64,000 nt of DNA, from the NCBI GenBank assembly GCA_965248925.1, contig CBDFLE010000006.1:3520001-3584000 (forward strand), read 5' to 3'. The stretch is from Candidatus Multivoradales bacterium (GTDB lineage: Bacteria > Acidobacteriota > Thermoanaerobaculia > Multivoradales > J023). How positions within the stretch are numbered: position 1 is the stretch's first letter; each line of letters starts with the position of its first letter. Under the pieces are notes generated by a model. That model saw nothing but the letters and a program-made list of their open reading frames with translations, ran no database searches and had not been told where the DNA came from. Below, piece after piece: positions 1 to 9,495 of this stretch. Position numbers and translations under genes: made by a program.

Positions 1-329
1 CCAGTTGCTGTCGGGAGAGGTGCCACCCTTTTCGTAGTCCACCCGGACGAGGTGCCATCCGAATAGCGTGCAACCCACCTCGGCAACATCCACTACGGCC
101 GCTGTTTCTTAGTTCTGGAAAGCCCACTCTCTCGTCGAAGAGTGCTCTTATTGAGTGCCCATCGACGAGAATTCGTGGTTTCTAGGCTAGCGAGTGCCCA
201 TCGAGCGAGATTGCCAACCGCTCGTCATTGCCTTCGGGCGCAATCGGGACACACCTCCCCTGTCGATTGAGAAGATAATTCAATTCTTGCGATCTCTCTT
301 GGCAGCAGAGACCGTCGTGAAGTCGCAGC

Positions 330-740
330 CTATCCAGGTACCCGGGTCGGTCCTGCTCTACTGCCTGGCTGCTCAAAGTCGCTCGAAACACAGGGCCGCG
401 GGGGCGGAAAACAGTTCGGCGGAAACTCTACCGAGTAGTCGCCTGTCCGCAAGCGGACGGCCGCCTGGCGATTTGCTTCAACGAAGAGGCGGTAGGCTTC
501 CTTCAACTGCTTGCGGACCGCTCTCGATGCTGCGTGGACAGCTGGCGCCGGAGATTTCTTGCTGCGAGCAGGCCGCTTGTGTGGGTGCTGCTGGCGGATC
601 ACCGCCACACCCAGGGGTACGGAACCGCCGAATACCACCCGCCGGGCGCTTTCAGCATCGATCTCCGCGACCATCTCGGTCAGATGCCGTCAAATCTCTT
701 CAGCCTGCAGGTGCCGCCAGCAGGGCAGCGGGTCCCTGAA
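330..740 (-). pseudogene. Decayed C-terminal fragment of a RAYT/Y1-like transposase
   Basis: ORF 330..674 (LG...IRQQHPH.RP..SKKSPAP.VHAAS...AYR.F....RQAA.RLR.GD..VEFP..CFPP) resembles the C-terminus of transposase-like proteins of Acidobacteria and Myxococcota. The same frame continues upstream as DPLPCWRHLQAEEI*RHLTEMVAEI, with an in-frame TGA at 690-692. No N-terminal HUH domain is visible. Confidence 0.5.
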
Positions 741-882
741 GGGCTGGTGCGCGAACGGCTACGGACACGGCGGCCAGGTAGTGGGTAGGCGGCAAACCAG
801 CAGCCGCTCGCCGACGCTGCTATCTTCAGCTGGACGGAGCGGCGGAACGGCCCGCCGTCTCGCAAGACGAAGGTAGATCTTA

Positions 883-1779
883 ATGCTTCAGCGACAGACT
901 AGCGGCTCGGTCATCTGTCCTACTTGCGGCAGGCTGGTGGGGGTCAATGAGCAGCGTTGCTTCAACTGTGGGCGCTGGAATCCGGGGATGTGGGGCTATG
1001 CGCCGCTGCTCTCTAAGCTGGGTCGCGACCTCGGTTTTACCCAGATCGTGCTGTGGGGTTGCGGCGGGCTCTACTTGGTGATGCTGCTGGTGAGCGGTTC
1101 GGAGGCGATGTCGGCGCGTGGTGGCTTGTTCGGCATGCTGGCGCCGTCGAACCTGGTTAGCGTGCGCTTCGGTGCCAGTGGCTTGTTACCGGTCTTGGTC
1201 GATGGCCGGTGGTGGACAGTGCTCAGTGCTGGCTGGTTGCACGGTGGCGCGCTGCACATTTTGTTCAACATGATGTGGGTTCGGCAGTTGGCGCCGGCGG
1301 TGGCATCGTTCTACGGCGTTGGCCGGTTGATCATCATCTACACGGTCGCCACGGTGAGTGGATTTGCCATTACCTCGGCGGCGGCCATGCTCGGCGTGTT
1401 CGAGATCTTCAGCGGTCCGCTGTCGTTTCTGCGCGGGGCACCGCTGACAGTGGGGGCCTCGGCACCGCTTTTTGGTCTCTTCGGCGCCTTGATCGTCTAT
1501 GGCCGTCGCGCTGGCCAACGGGCCATCACCCAGCAAGTGACCCAATGGGCGGTGTACCTGGTGATCTTTGGGTTGCTCTTTCCAGGGGTCGACAATTGGG
1601 CCCACATGGGGGGCTTCCTCGGCGGCTATGTGGCCGCTCGCTGGCTCGATCCACTGCGTCAAGAGACTCCCACCCACCTGCTGCTAGCCCTGGCCTGCAT
1701 GGCGGCGACGGTGCTGTCGTTGGCAGCTTCGTTGTGGGTGCCGCTGAGCCCGCAGCTGCGATCCTTGTTGGGCGGCTGA
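883..1779 (+). CDS. Rhomboid family intramembrane serine protease with N-terminal zinc ribbon
   Basis: WW...LHGGALHILFNM, catalytic GASA and AHMGG motifs; several TM segments; N-terminal CPTC...CFNC. Confidence 0.9.
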   Translation: MLQRQTSGSVICPTCGRLVGVNEQRCFNCGRWNPGMWGYAPLLSKLGRDLGFTQIVLWGCGGLYLVMLLVSGSEAMSARGGLFGMLAPSNLVSVRFGASGLLPVLVDGRWWTVLSAGWLHGGALHILFNMMWVRQLAPAVASFYGVGRLIIIYTVATVSGFAITSAAAMLGVFEIFSGPLSFLRGAPLTVGASAPLFGLFGALIVYGRRAGQRAITQQVTQWAVYLVIFGLLFPGVDNWAHMGGFLGGYVAARWLDPLRQETPTHLLLALACMAATVLSLAASLWVPLSPQLRSLLGG

Positions 1780-1781
1780 AA

Positions 1782-2276
1782 ATGGCGCGTCTGCGACTTC
1801 ATCAGTTCCACCTCGAGGCCCTCGAACGGCATGCCCGCGTGGCTGCGCCAGAGGAGAGCTGCGGGGTGCTAATCGGCAGTCGCAGTGGTGCGGGGAGTCA
1901 GGTCGTGGAGGTGCTGGCGGCCCGCAACGATACCGAGGGTGATCGCCGCCGCCGCTACTCGATCCACCTTCGAGACTTGTTCACGGTCCATCGGCGGGCT
2001 CGGCGGCTGGGGCTTGAGGTTTTGGGCTACTACCATTCGCATCCGCGGAGTCCGGCCGTTCCTAGCGCCATCGATCTGGCAGATGCCTTGCCGGGGGCTA
2101 GCTACCTCATCGTCGGACGGCGCGGAGGATCGCCAGAAGTGCGTAGTTGGCGCCTCGCTGCCGGTGGCAAATTCGAAGAAGAGTCACTCGTGGTGGGGTC
2201 GCGGTTGGCCCAGTTTTCTCAGTTTCCGCTTCAAGTTTGGGCATCCACAGTAGCCGCGCAAGGGACCGGTCGATGA
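1782..2276 (+). CDS. JAB/MPN (M67) metallopeptidase, Mec-like
   Basis: PEESCGVL and YHSHP...PS..D JAMM motif; ATG at 1782 lies 2 nt after the rhomboid stop. Confidence 0.88.
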   Translation: MARLRLHQFHLEALERHARVAAPEESCGVLIGSRSGAGSQVVEVLAARNDTEGDRRRRYSIHLRDLFTVHRRARRLGLEVLGYYHSHPRSPAVPSAIDLADALPGASYLIVGRRGGSPEVRSWRLAAGGKFEEESLVVGSRLAQFSQFPLQVWASTVAAQGTGR

Positions 2277-3457
2277 AGATGAAAGGGGGCGATTCGACCC
2301 AGAGCCGCGAGCTGAGCCGCGAAGAAATCCAGCGCTACGGCCGTCACCTGACCCTGCCGCAGGTCGGTCTGGAGGGGCAGCACAAGCTCAAAGCGGCGAG
2401 TATGTTGTTGGTCGGTGCCGGCGGCTTGGGCTCGCCCCTGGGGCTCTATCTGGCGGCCGCCGGGGTGGGTCGGCTTGGATTGATCGACTTCGACCGGGTG
2501 GAGATCACCAACTTGCAGCGCCAGGTGCTCTATGGCCAGGCCGATTTGGGTCGGCCGAAGGTGGAAGCAGCGCGCCAGCGGCTGAGCGACATCAACCCCC
2601 ATGTCGATTTGCGGATCTATGATCAGCGGCTGAGCATCGACAATGTCGAAGAGCTGATCGCCGGCTACGACATCGTCATCGACGGCAGTGACAACTTTGC
2701 AACTCGCTATCTGGTCAACGATGCATGTGTTCTGGCCGGCAAGGCCGATGTTTGGGGCGCTGTCTTCCGTTTCGAAGGTCAGGTGTCGGTGTTCTGGGCC
2801 AAGCACGGTCCTTGCTATCGTTGCTTGTTTCCCGAACCGCCGCCCGCGGGTAGCGTGCCTTCCTGCGCCGAGGGGGGAGTGTTGGGGGTGCTACCGGGGA
2901 TCGTCGGTGCGCTGCAAGCCAATGAGGCGATCAAATTGGCGCTGGGCATCGGCGAACCGCTCATCGGTCGTCTGCTGACCTTCGACTCTCTGGCGCTGCG
3001 CTTTCGCGAGTTACAGCTCGCCAAGGCCCCGGATTGCCCTCTCTGTTCCCTGCCTCCTGAGCAGCGCCGGTTGGTGCCCTATGAGCCCGACTGTGAGCCG
3101 CCGGCAGCACCGCCATCAGCGCAGGATCAAGAGTCGACCCCCCTGGACATCACCGTCGAAGACCTCGACCTATGGCGCCAGCAAGATCGTCCGTTGCTGC
3201 TGGTCGACGTCCGCGAGCAGTTGGAATACAACATTTGCCGGCTGCCGGGCTCGCTGTTGATGCCACTCCGGGAGTTGCAGGGCAGGCTCGGAGAACTACA
3301 GCGCGAGGCGCTGATCGTGGTGCACTGCCACCACGGTCCACGGTCTGCCCAGGCGGTGGCTTTTCTGCGCCAAGAGGGTTTCACCAAAGCGACCAACCTG
3401 GCCGGTGGTATCGACTCGTGGAGCTTGCGGATCGATCCCTTGGTGCCCCGCTATTGA
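2273..3457 (+). CDS. moeB: ThiF/MoeB adenylyltransferase fused to rhodanese (MoeZ-like)
   Basis: RYGRH, VGAGGLGSP, NLQRQ, CYRC and CPLC motifs; rhodanese CHHGPRS; ATG overlaps the upstream stop (ATGA). Confidence 0.93.
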   Translation: MKMKGGDSTQSRELSREEIQRYGRHLTLPQVGLEGQHKLKAASMLLVGAGGLGSPLGLYLAAAGVGRLGLIDFDRVEITNLQRQVLYGQADLGRPKVEAARQRLSDINPHVDLRIYDQRLSIDNVEELIAGYDIVIDGSDNFATRYLVNDACVLAGKADVWGAVFRFEGQVSVFWAKHGPCYRCLFPEPPPAGSVPSCAEGGVLGVLPGIVGALQANEAIKLALGIGEPLIGRLLTFDSLALRFRELQLAKAPDCPLCSLPPEQRRLVPYEPDCEPPAAPPSAQDQESTPLDITVEDLDLWRQQDRPLLLVDVREQLEYNICRLPGSLLMPLRELQGRLGELQREALIVVHCHHGPRSAQAVAFLRQEGFTKATNLAGGIDSWSLRIDPLVPRY

Positions 3458-3553
3458 GCAGGCTGCGCGATCTCGAAGTCGGTTGCAGAATTTACTGTTT
3501 TCGGCGTGCTAAAATCTCTACTCCCTGCCAGCACTTTGCCGTTCTAGTCAGGG

Positions 3554-4186
3554 GTGAACACGACCGCACAGAGACGGGACTCAATGCAAGAAGAGCTTAC
3601 GGGGCGCTCGGCAAAGGTAGATCGGGCGTTGGCAGATGCTGATTTGGTGCACCGTATCGCGGCTGGCGATTCGCTGGCTCTCGGTGAGCTCTACGATCGC
3701 TTCTGCGGTCTGCTGCTGACCCTTTCGCGGCGGGTTTTGCACGACACTTCCGACGCCGAAGAGGTGTTGCAGGAGGTCTTCGTACAAGTCTGGAAGCAGG
3801 CGGGCCGCTACGATACGCGGCGTTCGTCGGTCTCCACCTGGTTGGTGCTGATCACCCGCAGCCGATCGATCGATCGCTTGCGCAGCCGCCAGGTCAAGGA
3901 CCGCACTTTGACCTCTCTGAAACAAGAAAGGCCCCGCGACCATACATCCCCAGAGGGCCAACAAGCCGTATTGATGCAGCAGAGGCGAAAGCGGCTGGGC
4001 GAAGAGCTCGGTGTTTTGCCTGCCGAACAGCGCCAAGTGCTCGAGTTGGCTTTCTTTCAGGGTATGACCCAAAGTGAAATTGCCAACTCGACGGGAATAC
4101 CGCTGGGCACGGTAAAGACCCGCACCCTTTTGGCGATGAGGAAGATGCGCAAAGCCCTCGAATCGGAGATCGAGGACCTGCTATGA
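3554..4186 (+). CDS. ECF sigma-70 factor (SigK-like)
   Basis: DAEEVLQEVF region 2 and EIA..TGIPLGTVKTR region 4. Start may be the ATG at 3584. Confidence 0.93.
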   Translation: MNTTAQRRDSMQEELTGRSAKVDRALADADLVHRIAAGDSLALGELYDRFCGLLLTLSRRVLHDTSDAEEVLQEVFVQVWKQAGRYDTRRSSVSTWLVLITRSRSIDRLRSRQVKDRTLTSLKQERPRDHTSPEGQQAVLMQQRRKRLGEELGVLPAEQRQVLELAFFQGMTQSEIANSTGIPLGTVKTRTLLAMRKMRKALESEIEDLL

Positions 4187-5043
4187 GTAGGGATTTAGAC
4201 TTGCAAGAACTCGACATTCAGGCCGATCTCGAACGTCTTCTCGACGATTGGGATGGCGGTCGGGATGGTAGCGAAACCCTCTATCGGGAGGTGATGGAGG
4301 TGCTGGGGCTATTGCCTTACGCACTCCCTCCCGAGGAGCCGCGTGCTGGGCTCAAGGGCGAGATTCTGGCGCGGATAGGCACCGCCGGAATTGGCCAATC
4401 ACCTGGGTTATCGGCCCAGTCGGCCTCCCCATCTTTGCCCTCCGAGGAGGTTCTGGCGGCGGCAGATTTCGCCAGCCATCGAGCCCGTCGCGAGGCTGCC
4501 GCGAGGCCGCCCGCCAACCACTGGGGGCGGTGGGCGATGGCGGCGATGCTTGGCGCCTGCTTGCTCGGTCTGGGCTATTTTGGTGGCCGGGTGGGCGAGC
4601 TGACCCGCTTGGTTGATCGCTTGAACGGCGATCTCGCTACTGTTCGCACGCAGCCTTTGTTGCCGGACAACATGCACGATCAATTCAGCATCATCCGCAC
4701 CATCGCGCCGCAGGCTTATCCCATGCGGCCAGCCGACAACAAGGCAGCCCAGATCAATGGGATGGTCTATGTCTGTCCCAAGCACGATGCTTGGTCGATC
4801 AACTTGAACGGTCTTGAGGATCCGCCGCCGGGCTTTGAGTACCGGTTCTGGTTTCTCACCGATCAGGGTGCCAAAGCTGGCGAGATTCTGCACCGTGGGG
4901 AGCAGGGCCAGTTCGAGTTAGCGGCGCCCCACATGCCGCTGGGGACCCACAGTTTCGGCGTCAGCCGCGAGCAGGTAAGCGATGTTGAGCCGGGCGAGCC
5001 AGGCCAATGGGTGCTGCGTGCCGAAAGCCCGATTCGGCTTTGA
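4183..5043 (+). CDS. Anti-sigma factor (RskA-like)
   Basis: Coupled to the ECF gene by ATGA overlap; single TM helix; C-terminal GL..PP.G.EY.FW and FGVS.E motifs. Confidence 0.8.
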   Translation: MSRDLDLQELDIQADLERLLDDWDGGRDGSETLYREVMEVLGLLPYALPPEEPRAGLKGEILARIGTAGIGQSPGLSAQSASPSLPSEEVLAAADFASHRARREAAARPPANHWGRWAMAAMLGACLLGLGYFGGRVGELTRLVDRLNGDLATVRTQPLLPDNMHDQFSIIRTIAPQAYPMRPADNKAAQINGMVYVCPKHDAWSINLNGLEDPPPGFEYRFWFLTDQGAKAGEILHRGEQGQFELAAPHMPLGTHSFGVSREQVSDVEPGEPGQWVLRAESPIRL

Positions 5044-5179
5044 GCGACCGCTGACGGTGGCTGCCCAGACAGCTTGTCCTGCTGAGCAAGAACGCTGCGA
5101 AATGGGTCTTCGCGGCGTTTTTTGCGCTTTGAACGAAGTGGCGAGTGATGTCCATGGGCGGATTAGATAAGATCCAACA

Positions 5180-5443
5180 ATGGACGAGAAGATTCCCACT
5201 GTTGGTCGAGGTCTGCTGAGTCGCTTTCTTGGCCGGCTGAAGTTCTCCCAGTTATTCTTGCTGACCGCTGGACTGTTCGTGGTTGATCTCGCGGTGCCTG
5301 ATCTGCTGCCATTTGTTGACGAAATCCTCCTCTTACTGCTCACCATTCTGTTTGGCAGCTGGCGCAAGGAACGTGGCCTGGCAGAAGAAACGGCGGAGCA
5401 GAAGCCGCCGACCAAGAATGTCACGCCGCCAACGGGGGGCTGA
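5180..5443 (+). CDS. Small membrane protein (DUF6116-like)
   Basis: LFVVDL.VPD.LPFVDEILL motif; hydrophobic. Confidence 0.7.
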   Translation: MDEKIPTVGRGLLSRFLGRLKFSQLFLLTAGLFVVDLAVPDLLPFVDEILLLLLTILFGSWRKERGLAEETAEQKPPTKNVTPPTGG

Positions 5444-5464
5444 ACCAGGGTACTCAAGGGCGGA

Positions 5465-7813
5465 TCAGCGGTGGTCGGAATCCTCGAATAGGTCAAGCTG
5501 CGAGGCGTCGCCGATAGCCCGGTCGAAGTCTATTCCCAGCACCGCCAGCACTGGCTCGGCAATGGGCCGCAGCTGTTTCTGCACGTAGTGTTCGTGATCG
5601 ATCGTCGCCCGCCGTTCGGTCGCCGGTTCGGGGCCGGCATGGGTCATCACATAGGCCACTCGCCGACCGGGCGGGGTGGTCATCTTGCGGGCGGCGGCGA
5701 CGTGGGGCGGGGTGGTGGCGGTGTAGGCGGCCAAGGGCTTACGCAGCTTCCTGCGATAGATCAGCAGCGGGTCGTGTTCGCCGGCGCGCAGCTCGGCCAC
5801 TGTCCGGCATAAAAACTCCTCCACCGGCCGATCGTGGAAGAGGCGTTGGTAGAGTTCGCGCTGGCTGCGGCGGGCGAGTTCGGTCCAATCGCTGCGCACC
5901 GCTTCCATGCCGACCAACTCGACGATTGGCGGTTTTTCGTCGCCGTGATCGACCAAGCCGGCGTAGCGTTTGCGGGCGCCACCGCCACCATGCCGAGTGG
6001 GCATTAGAAGCAGCCGTCGGTAGAGCTTTTCGTACTCTAATTCGAAGCGGCTCTCTACCCTCCAGCGCTGCTCAAGGTAGGCGGCTAGATCGCTGTTCAA
6101 TCGCGCGGTCAGATCGGTGCCTAACTGTCGCGCAATATCGCGGTCTGTCGTTTGCGCAAGTACGAAGAGGCTGTCGGTATCGCCGTAGAGAACCGCTTGG
6201 CCGTAATCTTCGAAGCGTTTTTTCGACCACTTCAGCAGTTCACGGCCGAAGGCGGTTACCGCCCCGGCCAGCTGCGGGCGGTAGAAGCGGCAGGCGCTGG
6301 TGCCGAGGACGCCATAGAAGGAGTTCATCAACGTCTTGATCGCCTGGCTGGCGATGCTGTCGCCAGCGGATTGGGCTGCCGCTCGACGATCGAAGAGCTC
6401 GTCGAGCAACTCGCTCAAGATACCGCGCTGGCGGCGGAAAGCGGCAGCGTTGGGTGCCAGGATGGGGTCGTCGTCCGCCTGGGGATGTGGCAGATATCCT
6501 GCCGGGTCGATTTGGAAGGTGCGGATCACGCTCGGGTAGAGGCTCTTGAAGTCAAACACCAGTACATTGTGATAGAGCCCTGGCTCGGGCTCTAATACGT
6601 GGCCGCCGAGATTGACCTCATCCTCGCCGCGACCGCGTTGGCGGACACTCGGTGCGGCCACCCCCCGGCGGTGTAGCTGGTGGGTGTAGAGGAAGTCCAG
6701 AGCCGCGATCGAGCCCGCCACTCGGTCGATGGGCAGACCGGTCAAGAGCGACCGCTCGACCGCCAAATTCACCAAGCGCAAGCGCTGCAGAATGTCGATC
6801 ACTAGCCGGGCGTCGACCAAGTTGTATTGCACCAGCTTCGGCCGATCGTGGTGGAAGGCGTCGAGGATGTCTTCAGCCCGGCCTTGGCCGTGCATCGTCT
6901 TGCCCTCGCCGAGCACCTGCTGGGCCACCGCGTTGAGCCCCCAGCTTTCCATGCGCAAAAAGGCGCCGCGCAGCAGCTGGATACCGTCGAGCACCTGACG
7001 GCCGGGGATGGTGGCCTCGAGCCTGCCCCAGGCGCCGCGGGTCTCGCGCAGGACGAGGCTGCCCGGCCCGCGGCCGAGTTCCAGCCGTCGACGGTGGCGC
7101 CGTGCCAGACGGTCGAGCACCGCGAGGTCGAAGTCGACCACATTCCAGCCGGTCAGCACATCGGGATCGAGCTGCCGCACGCGGTCGACGAAAGCGTCGA
7201 GGAGGGTGGCTTCATCAGGGAATCCGGTCGCCTCAGGCGGCGTGCTCCAGCCGGGCGGCGACAGCAGCAAGACTTCCGCGGCACCACAGCCCCAGAGGCC
7301 GATCGACAGCAGCCGTTCCATCTTGGGGTCGGTTTCGATGTCGAAACTCAGCAAGCGCAACTCGGGCGCCCAGCGAGCTGGTTTGAGAGTGGGGTTGTCG
7401 AACACCCGGCCGACCCCCGGCTGCTCGAGCGAGGGACCTTCAATGTCGATCGCGCCGCGCAGTCCGCGGCGGATCAAGTACATCCGGGCGTAGCCGATAT
7501 CGGCCTCGTGGGTAGCGATGCCGCCCTCTTCGAGCCGCTTGCCGAGGCGCCGGGCGTCGGCCGGCTGGGGGACCGCGATCCAGGCCAGGCGCCGTCCGCC
7601 GAGACTGCGATATTCGGTGTCCCGGGGTGCCTTGGGCAGGCCCAGGCGCATTGCTAGCTGGCGGTGTTTGGCATCGATGAAAAAGCCCGCCGGCTCGCGG
7701 TCGTCGCGGACCAGAAAGGTGCCACCCGATTCGAGGCGACCGAAGAGCTGGACCACCGGCCGGCCGCCTTCGGTGCGGTAAGTGGGTTGGAGGATGAAGC
7801 CGCGTTCGCTCAT
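5465..7813 (-). CDS. polB: DNA polymerase II (family B)
   Basis: Exonuclease FDIET; polymerase DFKSLYPS, K.LMNSFYG and YGDTDS motifs; C-terminal QLDLF clamp-binding motif. Confidence 0.96.
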   Translation of the reverse strand: MSERGFILQPTYRTEGGRPVVQLFGRLESGGTFLVRDDREPAGFFIDAKHRQLAMRLGLPKAPRDTEYRSLGGRRLAWIAVPQPADARRLGKRLEEGGIATHEADIGYARMYLIRRGLRGAIDIEGPSLEQPGVGRVFDNPTLKPARWAPELRLLSFDIETDPKMERLLSIGLWGCGAAEVLLLSPPGWSTPPEATGFPDEATLLDAFVDRVRQLDPDVLTGWNVVDFDLAVLDRLARRHRRRLELGRGPGSLVLRETRGAWGRLEATIPGRQVLDGIQLLRGAFLRMESWGLNAVAQQVLGEGKTMHGQGRAEDILDAFHHDRPKLVQYNLVDARLVIDILQRLRLVNLAVERSLLTGLPIDRVAGSIAALDFLYTHQLHRRGVAAPSVRQRGRGEDEVNLGGHVLEPEPGLYHNVLVFDFKSLYPSVIRTFQIDPAGYLPHPQADDDPILAPNAAAFRRQRGILSELLDELFDRRAAAQSAGDSIASQAIKTLMNSFYGVLGTSACRFYRPQLAGAVTAFGRELLKWSKKRFEDYGQAVLYGDTDSLFVLAQTTDRDIARQLGTDLTARLNSDLAAYLEQRWRVESRFELEYEKLYRRLLLMPTRHGGGGARKRYAGLVDHGDEKPPIVELVGMEAVRSDWTELARRSQRELYQRLFHDRPVEEFLCRTVAELRAGEHDPLLIYRRKLRKPLAAYTATTPPHVAAARKMTTPPGRRVAYVMTHAGPEPATERRATIDHEHYVQKQLRPIAEPVLAVLGIDFDRAIGDASQLDLFEDSDHR

Positions 7814-7942
7814 GAGTTGATGGTTCTGCGGCCTGCCAAAGGGAGGTGCGCTGGCCTGGCCGCTGGTCGATTGTAAACGGCCTTCTTGGCTGTGTGCCCG
7901 CTAGTGCTCTGGTGGCGTGGTGTTCGCGGAGGTGGATGTGGG

Positions 7943-7981
7943 GGTCTACATCGCCGGTCTACATCGCCGGTCTACATCGCC
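7943..7981. repeat. Perfect 3 x 13-bp tandem repeat (GGTCTACATCGCC)
   Basis: Units at 7943, 7956 and 7969, read directly from the sequence, in the divergent intergenic region. Confidence 0.9.
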
Positions 7982-8115
7982 CCGCCCACACCGCAGCGCG
8001 GCTTGCGCTCCTCCGAGCACCGTGATGGACTCGCGGCGAGCCGCAAACCAGCATCCCACCGCGCCGCGCCATGGTGCCGCGCGCCGGTGGGTGTGAAACC
8101 CCAGGGGAGACACTG

Positions 8116-9375
8116 ATGACCGACAGCCCGCTGATTACCAACGATGCCATTGTTCTCGGATTGCTGATGGTCGTGTTGGGTTGTGTGTTCTGGACCTCGT
8201 CGAGCAGCAAGCCGGGGTGGAAGAAATTCTATTCGGTCGTCCCTTCTCTCTTGCTGTGCTACTTCGTGCCGTCGATCTTCAGCGCCATGGGCTTGATCGA
8301 TGGCGAGCAGTCCAATCTCTACCATGTCGCCAGTCGCTATCTGCTGCCGGCAAGCTTGGTGCTGCTCACTCTGTCGATGGACTTCAAGGCCATTTTGGGG
8401 CTGGGGCCGAAAGCGGTGATCATGTTCCTCACCGGCACGTTCGGCATCATTGTTGGCGGGCCGTTGGCGATTCTCTTGTTCTCGATTGTCAGCCCTGAGG
8501 TGGTTGGCGGCCAGGGGCCCGACGCGGTGTGGCGGGGTATGACCACGGTGGCTGGCAGTTGGATCGGTGGAGGTGCCAACCAGGCGGCGATGAAGGAGAT
8601 CTTTGAGGTCGGCGACGATATGTTCTCGGCCATGGTGGCGGTGGATGTGATCGTCGCCAATGTCTGGATGGCGGTGCTGCTCTTCTGCGCCGGGCGTGCC
8701 GAGCAGATCGATGCCCGCACTGGTGCCGATGCGAGCGGCATCGCCAAGTTGCGAGACAAGGTTGAGGCCTATCAGGCGTCGATCGCGCGAATTCCACGGC
8801 TGCCCGACACCATGCTGGTGCTGGCGGTGGCCTTCGGGGCGACCGCATTGGCTCATCTTGGCGCCGACACCATCGCTCCCTTCTTGGGCGAGCAATTTGG
8901 CGATACCTTGGAGCGTCTTCGGCTGACCAGCTTGCAAAGTAAGTTTTTCTGGCTGGTGGTGCTGGCGACCACTCTTGGCGTGGTGATGTCCTTCACCAAG
9001 GCCCGGCGGCTCGAAGGGGTCGGCGCCTCGCGCATCGGTTCGGTGTTCATCTACGTCTTGGTGGCGACCATCGGCATGAAGATGAACATCTTGGCGGTGC
9101 GGGATAGCCCCAAGCTGTTCTTGGTCGGACTGGTGTGGATGGCGATCCACGCGACGCTGATGATCGTCGTCGCCAAGCTGATCAAGGCGCCGGTGTTTTT
9201 TCTGGCGGTGGGCAGTCAAGCGAATGTTGGTGGCGCTGCTTCGGCACCGATCGTCGCGGCAGCCTTTCACCCAGCGCTGGCGCCGGTCGGGGTGCTGCTG
9301 GCGGTGGTGGGCTATGTCCTCGGCACCTACGGAGCGTGGCTGTGTGGCATTCTGATGCAAGGTGTTGCCCCTTGA
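8116..9375 (+). CDS. DUF819 family membrane protein
   Basis: SWIGGGANQAAM and GSQANVGGAASAP motifs; many TM helices; GGAG upstream of ATG 8116. Confidence 0.88.
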   Translation: MTDSPLITNDAIVLGLLMVVLGCVFWTSSSSKPGWKKFYSVVPSLLLCYFVPSIFSAMGLIDGEQSNLYHVASRYLLPASLVLLTLSMDFKAILGLGPKAVIMFLTGTFGIIVGGPLAILLFSIVSPEVVGGQGPDAVWRGMTTVAGSWIGGGANQAAMKEIFEVGDDMFSAMVAVDVIVANVWMAVLLFCAGRAEQIDARTGADASGIAKLRDKVEAYQASIARIPRLPDTMLVLAVAFGATALAHLGADTIAPFLGEQFGDTLERLRLTSLQSKFFWLVVLATTLGVVMSFTKARRLEGVGASRIGSVFIYVLVATIGMKMNILAVRDSPKLFLVGLVWMAIHATLMIVVAKLIKAPVFFLAVGSQANVGGAASAPIVAAAFHPALAPVGVLLAVVGYVLGTYGAWLCGILMQGVAP

Positions 9376-9495
9376 GCTGAAGCGGCTGGCGGGGCTTGTT
9401 GACGATCGGTTACTAGCGACGAAATTCCGGCCAGTGGTGGTGTGGGTAGGGTAGACGGTGGAGCCGCCGGTACCGCTTTTCGCTATGCTGAGCCG

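Noticed and set aside
194-739. 181-aa plus-strand ORF at the window start
   Set aside because: No motifs, and it lies opposite the better-supported transposase remnant.
1209-1781. Long N-terminal extension of the JAB ORF in the ORF track
   Set aside because: It overlaps the rhomboid gene; the likely start is ATG 1782. Similar over-extensions were trimmed for moeB, tdh, kbl, the permease, the TonB receptor and both radical SAM genes.
7814-7940. Possible LexA box upstream of polB
   Set aside because: No GTTC-N7-GTTC or CTGT-N8-ACAG pair could be found by eye.
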